Below, one piece after another: positions 52,842 to 63,412 of a DNA stretch of 64,000 nucleotides. Source of the DNA: an uncultured Nitrospiraceae bacterium (GTDB taxonomy: Bacteria > Nitrospirota > Thermodesulfovibrionia > Thermodesulfovibrionales > SM23-35); assembly GCA_963727775.1 (NCBI GenBank), contig CAVSHB010000001.1:512001-576000 (forward strand), read 5' to 3'. The notes beneath the pieces were generated by a model, which did not search any database, was not told where the DNA came from, and was given only the letters and a program-made list of their open reading frames with translations. The position numbers and the translations under genes were made by a program. Position 1 is the first letter of the stretch; each line of letters begins with the position of its first letter.

Positions 52842-53594
52842 ATGCTATCATTCATAAAGAATTTGTTTCCAAACGTCATGGTTTGGCTGTTCCTCCTGAA
52901 TTTATTCTTTCTGTGGGCAGCAGTAAGAAGAAAACGCAATGTCTTGAAATGGAGAATTCTTTTTCTGGCGGATCTTGGGCTGATATGCATTAGACCGGTG
53001 GCTGAAACTTTTCTCAGGCCGCTGGAAGCGTTTTATGCAACCCCTTCGATCACCGAACTCAAAGGGAAAGGAATAAAACGGGTTGTGGTGTTGACCGGCG
53101 GAGGATACGACCTGCGTGGCGAAATGCTCTCATTTACCTTGCCCCATGCTTCCATGTATAGGTTCATGGGCGGACTGGAACTATGTAACAGACTGGGACC
53201 CGCATGCACAGTCGTTTTTTCTGGGACATCGGGCGGACAGAATGGGATAACGACTGCGTCTTATATGGAAGGACTTGTGCGCATCCTGTCACCCGGGCGA
53301 AAGGTCATTTCTGAGTCGCGGTCGGGAAGCACGTCCGAACATCCCATTAACGTCAAGCCTTTGGTTGGCAAGGAACCTTTTGTACTTGTAACCTCGGCAT
53401 ACCATATGCCGAGGAGTGTTAAAGCTTTCAGAAAGGCGGGACTGGACCCAATCCCTTATCCTGTTGATTTTTTTGTGATGGGACATTATGGTTGGAACGA
53501 CCTCCTCCCGTCAGCGGAAAGTCTCTGGAAGATTCAAATCGGCATTCATGAATATATCGGATTGTTATATTATGAAGTGAAAGGGTATATCTGA
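52842..53594 (+). CDS. YdcF/ElyC (DUF218) family protein
   Basis: VVVLTGG, ESRSGSTSEH, LVTSAYHMPRS and HEYIGL motifs. Confidence 0.88.
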   Translation: MLSFIKNLFPNVMVWLFLLNLFFLWAAVRRKRNVLKWRILFLADLGLICIRPVAETFLRPLEAFYATPSITELKGKGIKRVVVLTGGGYDLRGEMLSFTLPHASMYRFMGGLELCNRLGPACTVVFSGTSGGQNGITTASYMEGLVRILSPGRKVISESRSGSTSEHPINVKPLVGKEPFVLVTSAYHMPRSVKAFRKAGLDPIPYPVDFFVMGHYGWNDLLPSAESLWKIQIGIHEYIGLLYYEVKGYI

Positions 53595-53664
53595 TGAAGA
53601 CAGCTATACAATTGTCGTTCTTGCTACCTAATTCAGGCATGTTTAATATATTAACCATGGATTA

Positions 53665-55359
53665 ATGAGAAGAAACATGAAGAAGTATGCATTCCTGAAT
53701 TACAATTATTCTTTGGTTCTTATTCTATTCTGCGGTTTTTTGTTACGGATAATCGGGGTTAATTTCGGCCTGCCGTTTCTTTATTATCCTGATGAGTATC
53801 ACCTCATAGAACATGCTCTTCAGTTCGGCACCGGGGATCTCAATCCGCGTTTTTTTGACTGGCCAGCTAATGTCATTATGTATTTCTATTTCATCCTCTA
53901 CGGACTGTATTATGTTGTACTGAAGTTGACAGGCTCAATTCACTCTCCCACGGACTTTGCGTTAATGTTCTGGAAGGATCCGACGACCTTCTATTTAATT
54001 GCGCGCTCCCTTACCGCTGTCGTTAGCACATTCAGTATATATCTAACGTACAAAATCGGTGAGTTGGTATATGGGAAAAAGGCAGGAATAATTTCTGCCC
54101 TTTTTATAGCTTTGAGTTATCTCTACGTCCGGGACTCGCATTACGCAATGTGCGATATTTATTTGATTTTTTTTCTTTTACTTTCAGTATTCTTTTTTCT
54201 GAGATTTTCGCAAAGCTCAAAGTGGAAACACTTGATTATAGCCTCGGTGTTTTGGGGGCTGGCGACAGCTTCAAAATATGGTGGAAGCATGCTGTTTCTC
54301 ACTCTTGTCGTATCAGTTGGAGCCAATTATAGAGCGATCCAAAAAAGATTTGATGGAAGAGCGCTTGCCATAATCGTTGTTTGCAGTCTCATTGCGGTCG
54401 TGACCTTTTTTATAGTTACGCCTTATGCTTTGCTCGATTATGATAGATTTATCAAGACTTTTTTATTTATGAGAGAGTATATTCAAGGAAATTTTGGTGG
54501 ATACCAAGGTGTGAAATTAGGTTTTCACGTTGAATATAGCGGCTATCTTTGGTTATTTACACAAGTGATTCCTCAAGCGGTAGGAGTTTTTTCGGCAGTG
54601 TTTCTTATTGCCGGAACTCTGTATTCATTAGCCGAAAAAAGAGAAAGGAAATGGATATTGGCCTCATTTCCGATTGCGTTTTATCTTCTGGTGTTGGGCC
54701 CGATTAATATCTTTTTCCCCCGTTACGCATTTCCGTTGCTGCCATTTATGTCCATATGGGGTGCGACTTTTCTGTTGACCATGTTGGAAAAGATGCCGGT
54801 TAGTCGTGTAGTTAAGAGGGTCGTTCTCGTCGTTTTTTTAATGCTTCTCTTAGGAAATCCTCTCGTGCGAATTATCAGACTTGATATGGCGCTGTCTGGA
54901 ACTGATACCCGAACACAGGCACGCAACTGGATCTTAACGAATATTCCAGCAGGTAAAAAAATCGCGCTTGAATCATTTGAAAATTCGCCTCAGTTTGAAA
55001 GTAAGGGACAATATCTGCTCCGTTTCCTTGATCAAAATAATAAGTATATCAAGTACATGAAGGTAGATGCCCCAAGAACAAAATACGACTTTGATTATAT
55101 GTGGACTCATAATCAATGTCCGACTACCGACATATTGCGCAGGGATGGTGTGGATTATATTGTCCTAAGCTCTCATAATTATGGAAGATATTTTACCAAT
55201 TACGCAACGCTCAACTATCCAAATAAACCGGAACGAGTTTTTTACCAAGAAGTGATGAATAGTCTCCCGCTAATTAAGGAATTTAAGCAACCAGCTTCTT
55301 TGGATTCAGATAGGTTTCATTCTCCAAGTCCGACGATAAAGATATATGTGTTACATTAG
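53665..55359 (+). CDS. ArnT/PMT-like GT-C glycosyltransferase
   Basis: LR...FGLP...PDE, GLATASKY, PRYAFP and DTRTQARNWI motifs; multiple TM segments. Confidence 0.82.
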   Translation: MRRNMKKYAFLNYNYSLVLILFCGFLLRIIGVNFGLPFLYYPDEYHLIEHALQFGTGDLNPRFFDWPANVIMYFYFILYGLYYVVLKLTGSIHSPTDFALMFWKDPTTFYLIARSLTAVVSTFSIYLTYKIGELVYGKKAGIISALFIALSYLYVRDSHYAMCDIYLIFFLLLSVFFFLRFSQSSKWKHLIIASVFWGLATASKYGGSMLFLTLVVSVGANYRAIQKRFDGRALAIIVVCSLIAVVTFFIVTPYALLDYDRFIKTFLFMREYIQGNFGGYQGVKLGFHVEYSGYLWLFTQVIPQAVGVFSAVFLIAGTLYSLAEKRERKWILASFPIAFYLLVLGPINIFFPRYAFPLLPFMSIWGATFLLTMLEKMPVSRVVKRVVLVVFLMLLLGNPLVRIIRLDMALSGTDTRTQARNWILTNIPAGKKIALESFENSPQFESKGQYLLRFLDQNNKYIKYMKVDAPRTKYDFDYMWTHNQCPTTDILRRDGVDYIVLSSHNYGRYFTNYATLNYPNKPERVFYQEVMNSLPLIKEFKQPASLDSDRFHSPSPTIKIYVLH

Positions 55360-55428
55360 CTTCGGAGACAAGACTTTGAGGTGCATTTTTTTTATAGTCA
55401 AGAATGATGGGAAACGTTACAACTGAAC

Positions 55429-57627
55429 ATGAAATCTGTTATACAAAATTACCGCACAGGTGAATTAGTTGTGGCTGATGTGCCCGCTCCGGTTTTAAAG
55501 CCCGGCGGAATACTGGTCCATAATGCGATATCTCTCGTCAGCGCCGGTACAGAGAAATTGATGGTTGAGCTTGCACAAAAAAGCTTGCTGGGCAAGGCCC
55601 GGGAGCGTCCTGACCTCGTTCGTCAAGTCATACAGAAGGTTAAAAAAGACGGAATCCTGTCGACGTATGAGGCAGTTCAAAGCCGTCTTGACAGTCCTGT
55701 ACCATTGGGTTATTCGACAGTCGGCACTGTTGTTTCGGTTGGTGAAGGAGTGGACAATTTTCAGGCTGGAGACAGGGTGGCATGTGCAGGGGCGGGCTAC
55801 GCAAGCCATGCGGAAATAGTTTTCATTCCGAAGAATTTGGCGGTGAAACTTCTTGATGAAGTCGACTTTGAATCGGCAGTTTTTACCACTGTGGGTGCTA
55901 TCGCGTTGCAGGGACTTCGTCTTGCGGAAATACAAATAGGAGAGACCGTAGCTGTCATAGGTTTGGGACTGATCGGTCTGTTGACCGCTCAGCTGGCAAG
56001 GGCTGCCGGTTGCCGTGTGATAGGGATGGATACAAATCCGGAACGATGCTTTGTCGGACAGCGGATTGGAATATCTGAAGCTGTCACTGAAGCAAACGCA
56101 TTAATTGCTCTCTGTAATCGGATTACAGAGGGGCGAGGAGCAGATAAAGTCATCATCACAGCAGGGACAAAAACTAGCGGACCCGTTCATCTTGCCGGAG
56201 AGATAGCAAGGGACAGGGCAATAGTTGTCGCTGTAGGCGCTGTAGGCATGGAAATCCCCCGAAAGACGTATTACGGCAAGGAGCTTACCTTCAGAGTTTC
56301 ACGCTCTTACGGACCCGGCCGCTACGACAATGACTATGAAGAAAAGGGACATGATTATCCAATAGGATATGTGAGATGGACGGAAAACCGGAATATGCAG
56401 GCATTTGTGCAGATGATTGCCGAACATAAAATAGATGTACAGTCTCTCATAACTCACAAGTTCCCTATAGAGAATGCTGTGAAAGCATATGAACTCATCA
56501 CCGGAAAAGGAGCAGAGTCTTTTCTCGGAATTCTCCTTACTTATCCGGAGCAAGCCGACCTATCGAGAAGAATTGAGATAGGAAGTTTAAAGTTCAAAGT
56601 TCAAAGTTCAAAGTTCAAAAAAACGGAACGCGTTAAGATTGGTATGCTTGGTGCTGGCAGCTTCGCCACATCTATCCTGATCCCGGCAATGAAAAAAGTC
56701 GATAATATCGAATTAGCGGGCGTCTGTACTGCTACGGGAGTCAGCGCCAACCACGTTGCACGCAAATTCGGCTTTCGCTATGCAACTACAGATGAGGCCG
56801 AAATCTTGAAGGATCCCGATATCAACACCGTAGCCATTACAACGCGGCACAATCTTCATGCACGGCAAGTTATTGCAGCTCTTAAAGCAGGGAAGCACGT
56901 CTTTGTCGAAAAGCCCCTTTGCATGACTCAGGATGATTTAAAAGAAATAATTGCTGCTTACTCTTCACTTTTGACTCCTGACTTTTCTCCTGTTCTGATG
57001 GTCGGGTACAACCGACGTTTTGCGCCAATGGCTGTCAAAATGAAGGAATTCTTATCAAAAGTGAGCGAACCCCTTATCATGTCGTATCGCGTGAATGCCG
57101 GCTATATTCCGCTGGATCATTGGACTCAAGACCCGCAGCAAGGCGGAGGGCGCATCATCGGCGAAGTATGCCATTTTGTTGATTTCTTGACCTTTCTTTC
57201 AAGCTCACTGCCGAGGCAAGTTTATGCGAGGGCACTGCCGAATCAAAACCGTTACAGGGATGATAATCTTATTATTACAATCGAATTTGAAAACGGTTCA
57301 ATAGGTACAATTATTTATGTTGCTAATGCGGATAAATCGTTCCCGAAAGAACGGGTGGAGGTATTCGGAGGCGGGGCGGTTGCCGTTCTTGAGAACTATA
57401 CAAGGCTTGAGATGAAGAAAAGCGGAAGGGGTACTGTTGAAAGGTCGATACTTCAGCAGGACAAGGGTCATTATGGCGAGTGGAAGGCGTTTGTGAGCAC
57501 TGTCAGCGGCGGTGGACCCGCGCCCATCCCGTTCGAAGAAACAATAGCTGTAGCAAAGACGACATTTTGTATCGTGGATTCGCTCAAACAGTCGGTCCCT
57601 GTGAAAGTATCCTTCCCCACCGAATAA
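55429..57627 (+). CDS. Bi-domain oxidoreductase (MDR + Gfo/Idh/MocA)
   Basis: SLVSAGTE, PLGYS, SRSYGPGRYD, HVFVEKP and IIGEVCHFVD motifs. Confidence 0.92.
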   Translation: MKSVIQNYRTGELVVADVPAPVLKPGGILVHNAISLVSAGTEKLMVELAQKSLLGKARERPDLVRQVIQKVKKDGILSTYEAVQSRLDSPVPLGYSTVGTVVSVGEGVDNFQAGDRVACAGAGYASHAEIVFIPKNLAVKLLDEVDFESAVFTTVGAIALQGLRLAEIQIGETVAVIGLGLIGLLTAQLARAAGCRVIGMDTNPERCFVGQRIGISEAVTEANALIALCNRITEGRGADKVIITAGTKTSGPVHLAGEIARDRAIVVAVGAVGMEIPRKTYYGKELTFRVSRSYGPGRYDNDYEEKGHDYPIGYVRWTENRNMQAFVQMIAEHKIDVQSLITHKFPIENAVKAYELITGKGAESFLGILLTYPEQADLSRRIEIGSLKFKVQSSKFKKTERVKIGMLGAGSFATSILIPAMKKVDNIELAGVCTATGVSANHVARKFGFRYATTDEAEILKDPDINTVAITTRHNLHARQVIAALKAGKHVFVEKPLCMTQDDLKEIIAAYSSLLTPDFSPVLMVGYNRRFAPMAVKMKEFLSKVSEPLIMSYRVNAGYIPLDHWTQDPQQGGGRIIGEVCHFVDFLTFLSSSLPRQVYARALPNQNRYRDDNLIITIEFENGSIGTIIYVANADKSFPKERVEVFGGGAVAVLENYTRLEMKKSGRGTVERSILQQDKGHYGEWKAFVSTVSGGGPAPIPFEETIAVAKTTFCIVDSLKQSVPVKVSFPTE

Positions 57628-57646
57628 ATACCATTGTGAGAAAAGA

Positions 57647-59548
57647 GTGAAACTATATAATTTTATTGCCTATATTTGGACATTACTTCCTGAATCACTT
57701 CATAAGTTATATTATCGACTAAATTTTAAGCATTCACCATCTTCTTTGTTCTTTCCTAACAGTGTAAAAGAAGTGGAGATTAAAAGCGGATTTATTAAGG
57801 GGATGAAAATGTATCTCAATCCGAGTAAAGAAAGAGGATATTTTTTTGGAACCTATGAAGAGGAGGTGCAGTCTATTTTGTCCAGGCATGTTAAATCAGG
57901 CATGACCGCATTTAATATAGGGGCACACATAGGGTTTTTTACATTAGCGATATCTCGATTGGTTGGTCATGACGGAAAAGTTGTTGCATTTGAGCCTAAT
58001 CCGTCTGTCCGAAAAAGACTTAAGGAAAATTTAAAAATAAACGGAATTGAAAATACCGTAAAGGTGGAAGAGTATGCAGCTAATGATGTTGATGGCTCTG
58101 CAAAATTTTCTCTTGCCCTTAGTGGCTCACAAGGCAGATTTTCTGATCTCCCTTACGTTAAGCCCGGAAATGTTATAGAAGTGCCATGTATAAGTATCGA
58201 CACTTATGTTACAAAGAGCGGCGTCATCCCCGACTTTATTTTTATTGACGTTGAACATGCGGAAGGCCGCGTTCTTAAAGGCATGTCACATGTTATGGAA
58301 AAATACAGACCTCTAATGATTATAGAAATGCACGGAAAGGATTCAATAAAAAACGCATTTGATGAATTACGAAAACATGATTATCTAATCTCTGATTGTC
58401 ATGGAGAAATTATCTCTTCAGTCAATCGGGTTATCTATGGTAACTATTTTGCCGCTCATGTGAGTTATTTCAAAGAAAAAAGTCCTTTAGATAATGTCGG
58501 ATCGAGTTTGAAGGGAAAGCAAAGAAAAAGCACTTTAATGTCCAAGTCGAATTCGCCTATTCTCTTGACTAGCTTGCCTCGTTCAGGTGCTACATTACTC
58601 GGTGCAATACTTAACGCTCATCCAAATATTGCAATGTTTAACGAACCTTGGTTGTTTTTGATGAAGCAAAAATATGGGACACTTCGCAAACGATATAACA
58701 TTAATCTATTAGTTAATAATCTTTGTATTTCAACGGAAAGATTTGGATACAAAATAGATATTCAACTCAAGAAGCAAATATTAGATGATTTATTTGATCG
58801 AAGGGGAAGATTAACATATTTAGAGGCATTTGATATTTTCTTAAGAAACTTTTCAAAAAGTAAAGGGAAAGTTCGTTGGGGGATAAAGCAACCTTCGGAA
58901 CTTTATCATATTGCACTATTGAAAAAACAATTTCCTGATTTAAAGATTTTGCATATTGTGCGAGATCCTCGATCAACCGTTACTTACCGAATTGGGAAAA
59001 CCAGCTTAACCCCTGATGATTTAACACTTATATTGAAATATGCAAAATCTTGGAGAGCCTATATGAAATTCGCCAGAGAATCTTCAGTGTTAAATAGGAC
59101 CAATTATTTAGAAATAAAATATGAAGATTTAGTTTCGGATCCTGCCATATGGGTGGATCGAATTTGTGACTTCATCGGCGAAAAATATAATGCACAGATG
59201 CTTAATTACTATAGATTAAGCAACCCCTATGTACCACAAGATACTGAAGGTAATCCTTCGGTATCCCATAAGGACGTATTACTGCCAATACATACAAGCG
59301 GGATTAATGAATGGCGCAATCTCTTGTCTCCAGCCGAATTGGAAATAGTAGAGATGATATGTGGCGATGAAATGGTAAGGCGCGGATACGAGCGGCTTGG
59401 GACTACTGGGCACTTAACAAAAAAGCAATTTTTACAAACATATATAACTTATTATAAACAAAGAGTAATTCGTTATATGCGTACTGAAATATTTGAAATG
59501 ATGTTTCATAGGCTTCGGAAAGCATATATTTTTGTGAGTAAATCCTAA
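57647..59548 (+). CDS. FkbM-family methyltransferase fused to a sulfotransferase
   Basis: IGAHIG, AFEP and IDVE, then LPRSGATLL, WGIKQP, HIVRDPR and KYEDLV. Confidence 0.85.
   Translation: MKLYNFIAYIWTLLPESLHKLYYRLNFKHSPSSLFFPNSVKEVEIKSGFIKGMKMYLNPSKERGYFFGTYEEEVQSILSRHVKSGMTAFNIGAHIGFFTLAISRLVGHDGKVVAFEPNPSVRKRLKENLKINGIENTVKVEEYAANDVDGSAKFSLALSGSQGRFSDLPYVKPGNVIEVPCISIDTYVTKSGVIPDFIFIDVEHAEGRVLKGMSHVMEKYRPLMIIEMHGKDSIKNAFDELRKHDYLISDCHGEIISSVNRVIYGNYFAAHVSYFKEKSPLDNVGSSLKGKQRKSTLMSKSNSPILLTSLPRSGATLLGAILNAHPNIAMFNEPWLFLMKQKYGTLRKRYNINLLVNNLCISTERFGYKIDIQLKKQILDDLFDRRGRLTYLEAFDIFLRNFSKSKGKVRWGIKQPSELYHIALLKKQFPDLKILHIVRDPRSTVTYRIGKTSLTPDDLTLILKYAKSWRAYMKFARESSVLNRTNYLEIKYEDLVSDPAIWVDRICDFIGEKYNAQMLNYYRLSNPYVPQDTEGNPSVSHKDVLLPIHTSGINEWRNLLSPAELEIVEMICGDEMVRRGYERLGTTGHLTKKQFLQTYITYYKQRVIRYMRTEIFEMMFHRLRKAYIFVSKS
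58457..58509 (+). repeat. 53-bp direct repeat, copy 1
   Basis: 46 of 53 positions identical to 60283..60335 by manual alignment. Confidence 0.85.
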
Positions 59549-59575
59549 GCAATAATTTCTAATGGAGGATTATCT

Positions 59576-60262
59576 GTGAATCTAAAATATATAAATCAAG
59601 TGCGTAAATTTTTCATTAAGACAGAATTAAAAATAATTTTAAAGTTGAAGCTGATTGATACCTATCAACCAATTACAGGTTTCAAAAATCACGATGCATT
59701 AAGGCTGAAGGGTACAATTGATCGGTGGAATGCCATTGAAAAAGAACTGGGAGGGTTTGTAGGTAGTGCAATGGATATCGGTTCCAACAACGGATATTTT
59801 ACTTTTAAACTTGCCAGTATGGGTTATCTTTGCTTGGGGATAGAATCTTCTAAAGCACTTTGCTATATATGTAATTTGACAAAAGAAATAAATACTTTAG
59901 AAAATGCCATATTTTTGAATGCTAAACTTGAAGATGTTATTCATAGATTACCCAAATTTGAGGTTACTATATTTTTGTCGTTATTTCATCATATTGTCCG
60001 TGAGAAAGGATTTGAACATGCTTCTGATATTTTTTCACAACTGTTATCTAAGACAGATCGAGTAATGTTTTTTGAAACTGGACAATCTAACGAAATTAAT
60101 ACTACGTGGGCAAGGGATTTACCTGATATGGGCAAAGAACCAAAAGTATGGCTTCAAGATTATCTTATAAAAGCAGGTGCCACGCGAGTAAAGTGGTTAG
60201 GTGATTTTGAAAGCTTTCTTTCTCCTGTACCTCGATCTTTGTTTGCCGTTTATGCTAAGTGA
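59576..60262 (+). CDS. Class I SAM-dependent methyltransferase
   Basis: MDIGSNNGYF, LSLFHH and FFETGQ motifs. Confidence 0.82.
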   Translation: MNLKYINQVRKFFIKTELKIILKLKLIDTYQPITGFKNHDALRLKGTIDRWNAIEKELGGFVGSAMDIGSNNGYFTFKLASMGYLCLGIESSKALCYICNLTKEINTLENAIFLNAKLEDVIHRLPKFEVTIFLSLFHHIVREKGFEHASDIFSQLLSKTDRVMFFETGQSNEINTTWARDLPDMGKEPKVWLQDYLIKAGATRVKWLGDFESFLSPVPRSLFAVYAK

Positions 60263-60282
60263 TATAAGCTGTAATGTGCTGC

Positions 60283-60335
60283 CATGCAAGCTATTTCAAA
60301 CAAAAAAGTCCTTTAGATAAAGTCGGACCGGGTTT
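60283..60335 (+). repeat. 53-bp direct repeat, copy 2
   Basis: Matches 58457..58509; reads HASYFKQKSPLDKVGPGL and continues to TAG at 60352-60354. Confidence 0.85.
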
Positions 60336-60356
60336 ATCATCAGGCCCCACATAGAT

Positions 60357-62196
60357 TTGCTATCCCCGATTTTAAATACTGTTTTAACTCTCGGTGCATC
60401 GAGAATTAAAGTTCGTCTGATGCGGCATGTCAGATACCGATTTCTCTATCCATATCTTGGCCGTATGATCTTTCCTTTGAGTATTAGTAATAAATCAGTC
60501 TCATCAAAATCGGGGTTAAAGAATTTTCATGAAAGCGCAGCCGCTCAATATCTTAACCGACAAAAACTTTTAGTCGATGCGGATAATCTCTGCCATTACC
60601 GTTTCTCTTTTCTGAACCTCCCGCTGCAGGAACTCGGAAACCCTGTGAAATGGGATTTCATGCCGAATGGTGACCGTCTCTGGCAATACAATCTACACTA
60701 CGGTGAATGGGCGCTGACATTGTGCCATGCATATCTTGTTACAAAAGAAGAACGGTTTTTGATGTCCCTGATAAATCTTATCGACGATTGGATCGAGCAT
60801 AATCCCGTCGGTAAAGGCGCCGGCTGGGAGCCTTATCCTATTTCGAGGCGATTGCCGGTGTGGTCACGGGTCGGGCTTTCACTTATGAATAATGATAAGT
60901 TCAGGGAATTTTGGGAAAGCCGGCTTGAGCCGTCATTGCATCAGCAGACAAAGGTATTGGCGTCAAACCTTGAGTTTGACCTATCCAATAACCATCTTAT
61001 CGCCAACTATAAAGCCCTTGCGTGGATGGGCATGCTTTTCCCTCACTGGAACAAAGCTGAAAAATGGAAGAGCACAGGTCTTGACGGACTCTGGGCTGAG
61101 ATGCGGAGGCAGGTCCTCGCCGACGGCGTTCATAATGAACGGAGCATCAGCTATCATACAATCGTGCTTCAGGATATTCTTGAAACATGGATGCTCTGCA
61201 AAGCAACGGGCGATAGAATTCCTGACGACGTCCTGCCGACTCTGAAGCGAATGATACAGTTCCTTGCGGACATGCAGGCGCCTGACGGAAGTTATCCTAT
61301 GCTGAATGACACTGTACCCGGCTATCCCATAAATCCGAAAAGTCTTCTTCTTGCGGGTGGTTTGTTTTTTGGAGATCAAAAATGGATTGCAGCCGGGACT
61401 GGAGCGGATGTTTCCTATGCCGCCTGGCTGACCGGCTTGACTGACATTACATTTCCTGAAGATGGGGTTTCTTCTGCAGAGGGACCTATTGTTTATCCCG
61501 ATGCAGGGTATGCAGTCCTTAAGGATGATACAGGCTGCTGCCTATATTTTGATGCCGGTCCGATGGGGCCGGAACACCTTCCAGGACATGGACATGCCGA
61601 TGCCTTGAGCTTAACTTTGTACGGAAAAACCGGGCCATTGATTGTCGATCCCGGAGTATACAGTTACCATGACAGCGGCTGGCGGAATTATTTCCGCAGC
61701 ACGGCTGCTCATAATACGATAGCTGTCGATGGTCAGGACCAATGCGTGTTCTGGGGCAATTTCCGCGTGGCCTATGCGCCGAAGGCCCATCTGACGGGCT
61801 GGTCCTCGAACTTCGTTTCGGGTGTGCACGAAGGATATAAAAGACTAAAGAAATCTGTTTTTCATAGCCGCAGGATTGATATGAAAGGGAACGGGACCTG
61901 GGAAGTGAGCGACACCCTCGAAGGGAAAGGTGAACATGACTTTGTTTTTACTCTTCAGTTATCGCCAGGCGCCTCCGTCAAAATTCTGAACGATGAGGCT
62001 CTGGTAACTTGGCCCGACGGTACAAGGCTCAAGGTTATTCCATCCTTCATTCCCTGCGCATAGAACAGTATTTATAGAAGACGGCTGGGTATCTTATGGG
62101 TGGAACTTGAAAGAGAAAGCCCCAAGGTATGTCTTGAAATGGCGGTCGGCTCTCCCTGTCAGAACACATCTGATCTTGACAGTTTCAAACAACTGA
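60357..62196 (+). CDS. Heparinase II/III-family protein, frameshifted near 62060
   Basis: LWQYNLHY, NNHLIAN, GHGHADALS and RSTAAHNT; the tail EDGWVSYGWNLK ends at TGA 62194-62196. Confidence 0.85.
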
Positions 62197-63412
62197 ATGA
62201 GAATCATTATTCACACGCAGTATTACCCTCCTGAGATGGGTGCGCCGCAGGCGCGGCTTTCAGACTTGGCGAGGAGGCTGAAGCAACTGGGGCATGAAAT
62301 CGAGATTCTTACAGCCATGCCCAATTATCCTACGGGTAGGATATTTGCCAGGCTACCGGGGCTTTTATATGAAAAACTCGATTGATGACATAGACGTTCA
62401 TCGCTCATGGATCCTCCCATCGAACAAGCTGAGCATCATACATCGTCTGATAAGTTATTTATCTTTCTGCTTCAGTTCCCTGATCACCGGCCTGATAAAA
62501 ACGGGGAAAGCCGATGTCATCATTACTGAAAGCCCCCCTATTTTTCTCGCCGCCGCCGGATTGATGCTTGCAAAAGCAAAGGGCGCGAAATGGATAATGA
62601 ACGTCTCCGACCTTTGGCCGGACTCTGCAAAATACATCGGACTGCTTAGTGAGCAGGGGACCTCTTATCGAATATTGCGCGGGTTGGCGCACTTCCTTTA
62701 CAGAAGGGCTTCTATGGTCACAGGCCAGTCCGCTGAAATCGTTGCTGAGATCAAACGGCAGACGCCGGATGCAAAGGCATACCACCTTTCAAACGGAGTG
62801 GATACGGAGCGGTTCGCTCCCGATAAGATGAGTGAGTCAATAAGGAAACAATATCTCAAAGAAGGTGAGGTAGGGTTCGTTTATGCCGGCTTGCACGGTC
62901 TTTTCCAGGGACTTGACCAAATCCTCCTTGCAGCAGAAAAGGTAAAAGGCAAGCCTGTCCGCTTCATTCTTATAGGTGACGGTCCGGAGAAGCAATTACT
63001 ATTGAAAACGGCAAAGGATCTTCACCTTACGAATGTAGATTTTTATCCGCCGTTATCCCATGATCAAATACCATCGATTCTTGCATCCATGGATACTGCG
63101 GTAATTACACTTAAGTCAACAATAACGGGCGCTGTCCCGTCAAAAATTTATGAGGCAATGGCATCGGGTATTCCGGTACTGCTGGTCGCCAGTGGTGAGG
63201 CGGCAGATATCGTCTTAAAAGCAAAGGCAGGAATTGCGGTTGCGCCCGGAGATATCGACGGTTTTGCCCGCGCAGTTTTAGCCATGATTTCAATTCCTGA
63301 AAGGCGCAGGGAGATGGGCCGGGCCGGACGTTCTCAGGTAGTTGCTTTGTACGACCGCATGAAAATCGCGGAAAGGTTCTCTGAAGCTCTCACCGGATCT
63401 GTTTTGAAATGA
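62197..63412 (+). CDS. GT4 (WbuB-like) glycosyltransferase, frameshifted near 62345
   Basis: QYYPPEMGA and TAMPNYPTG, then VSDLWPDSA and PSKIYEAMASG. Confidence 0.87.
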
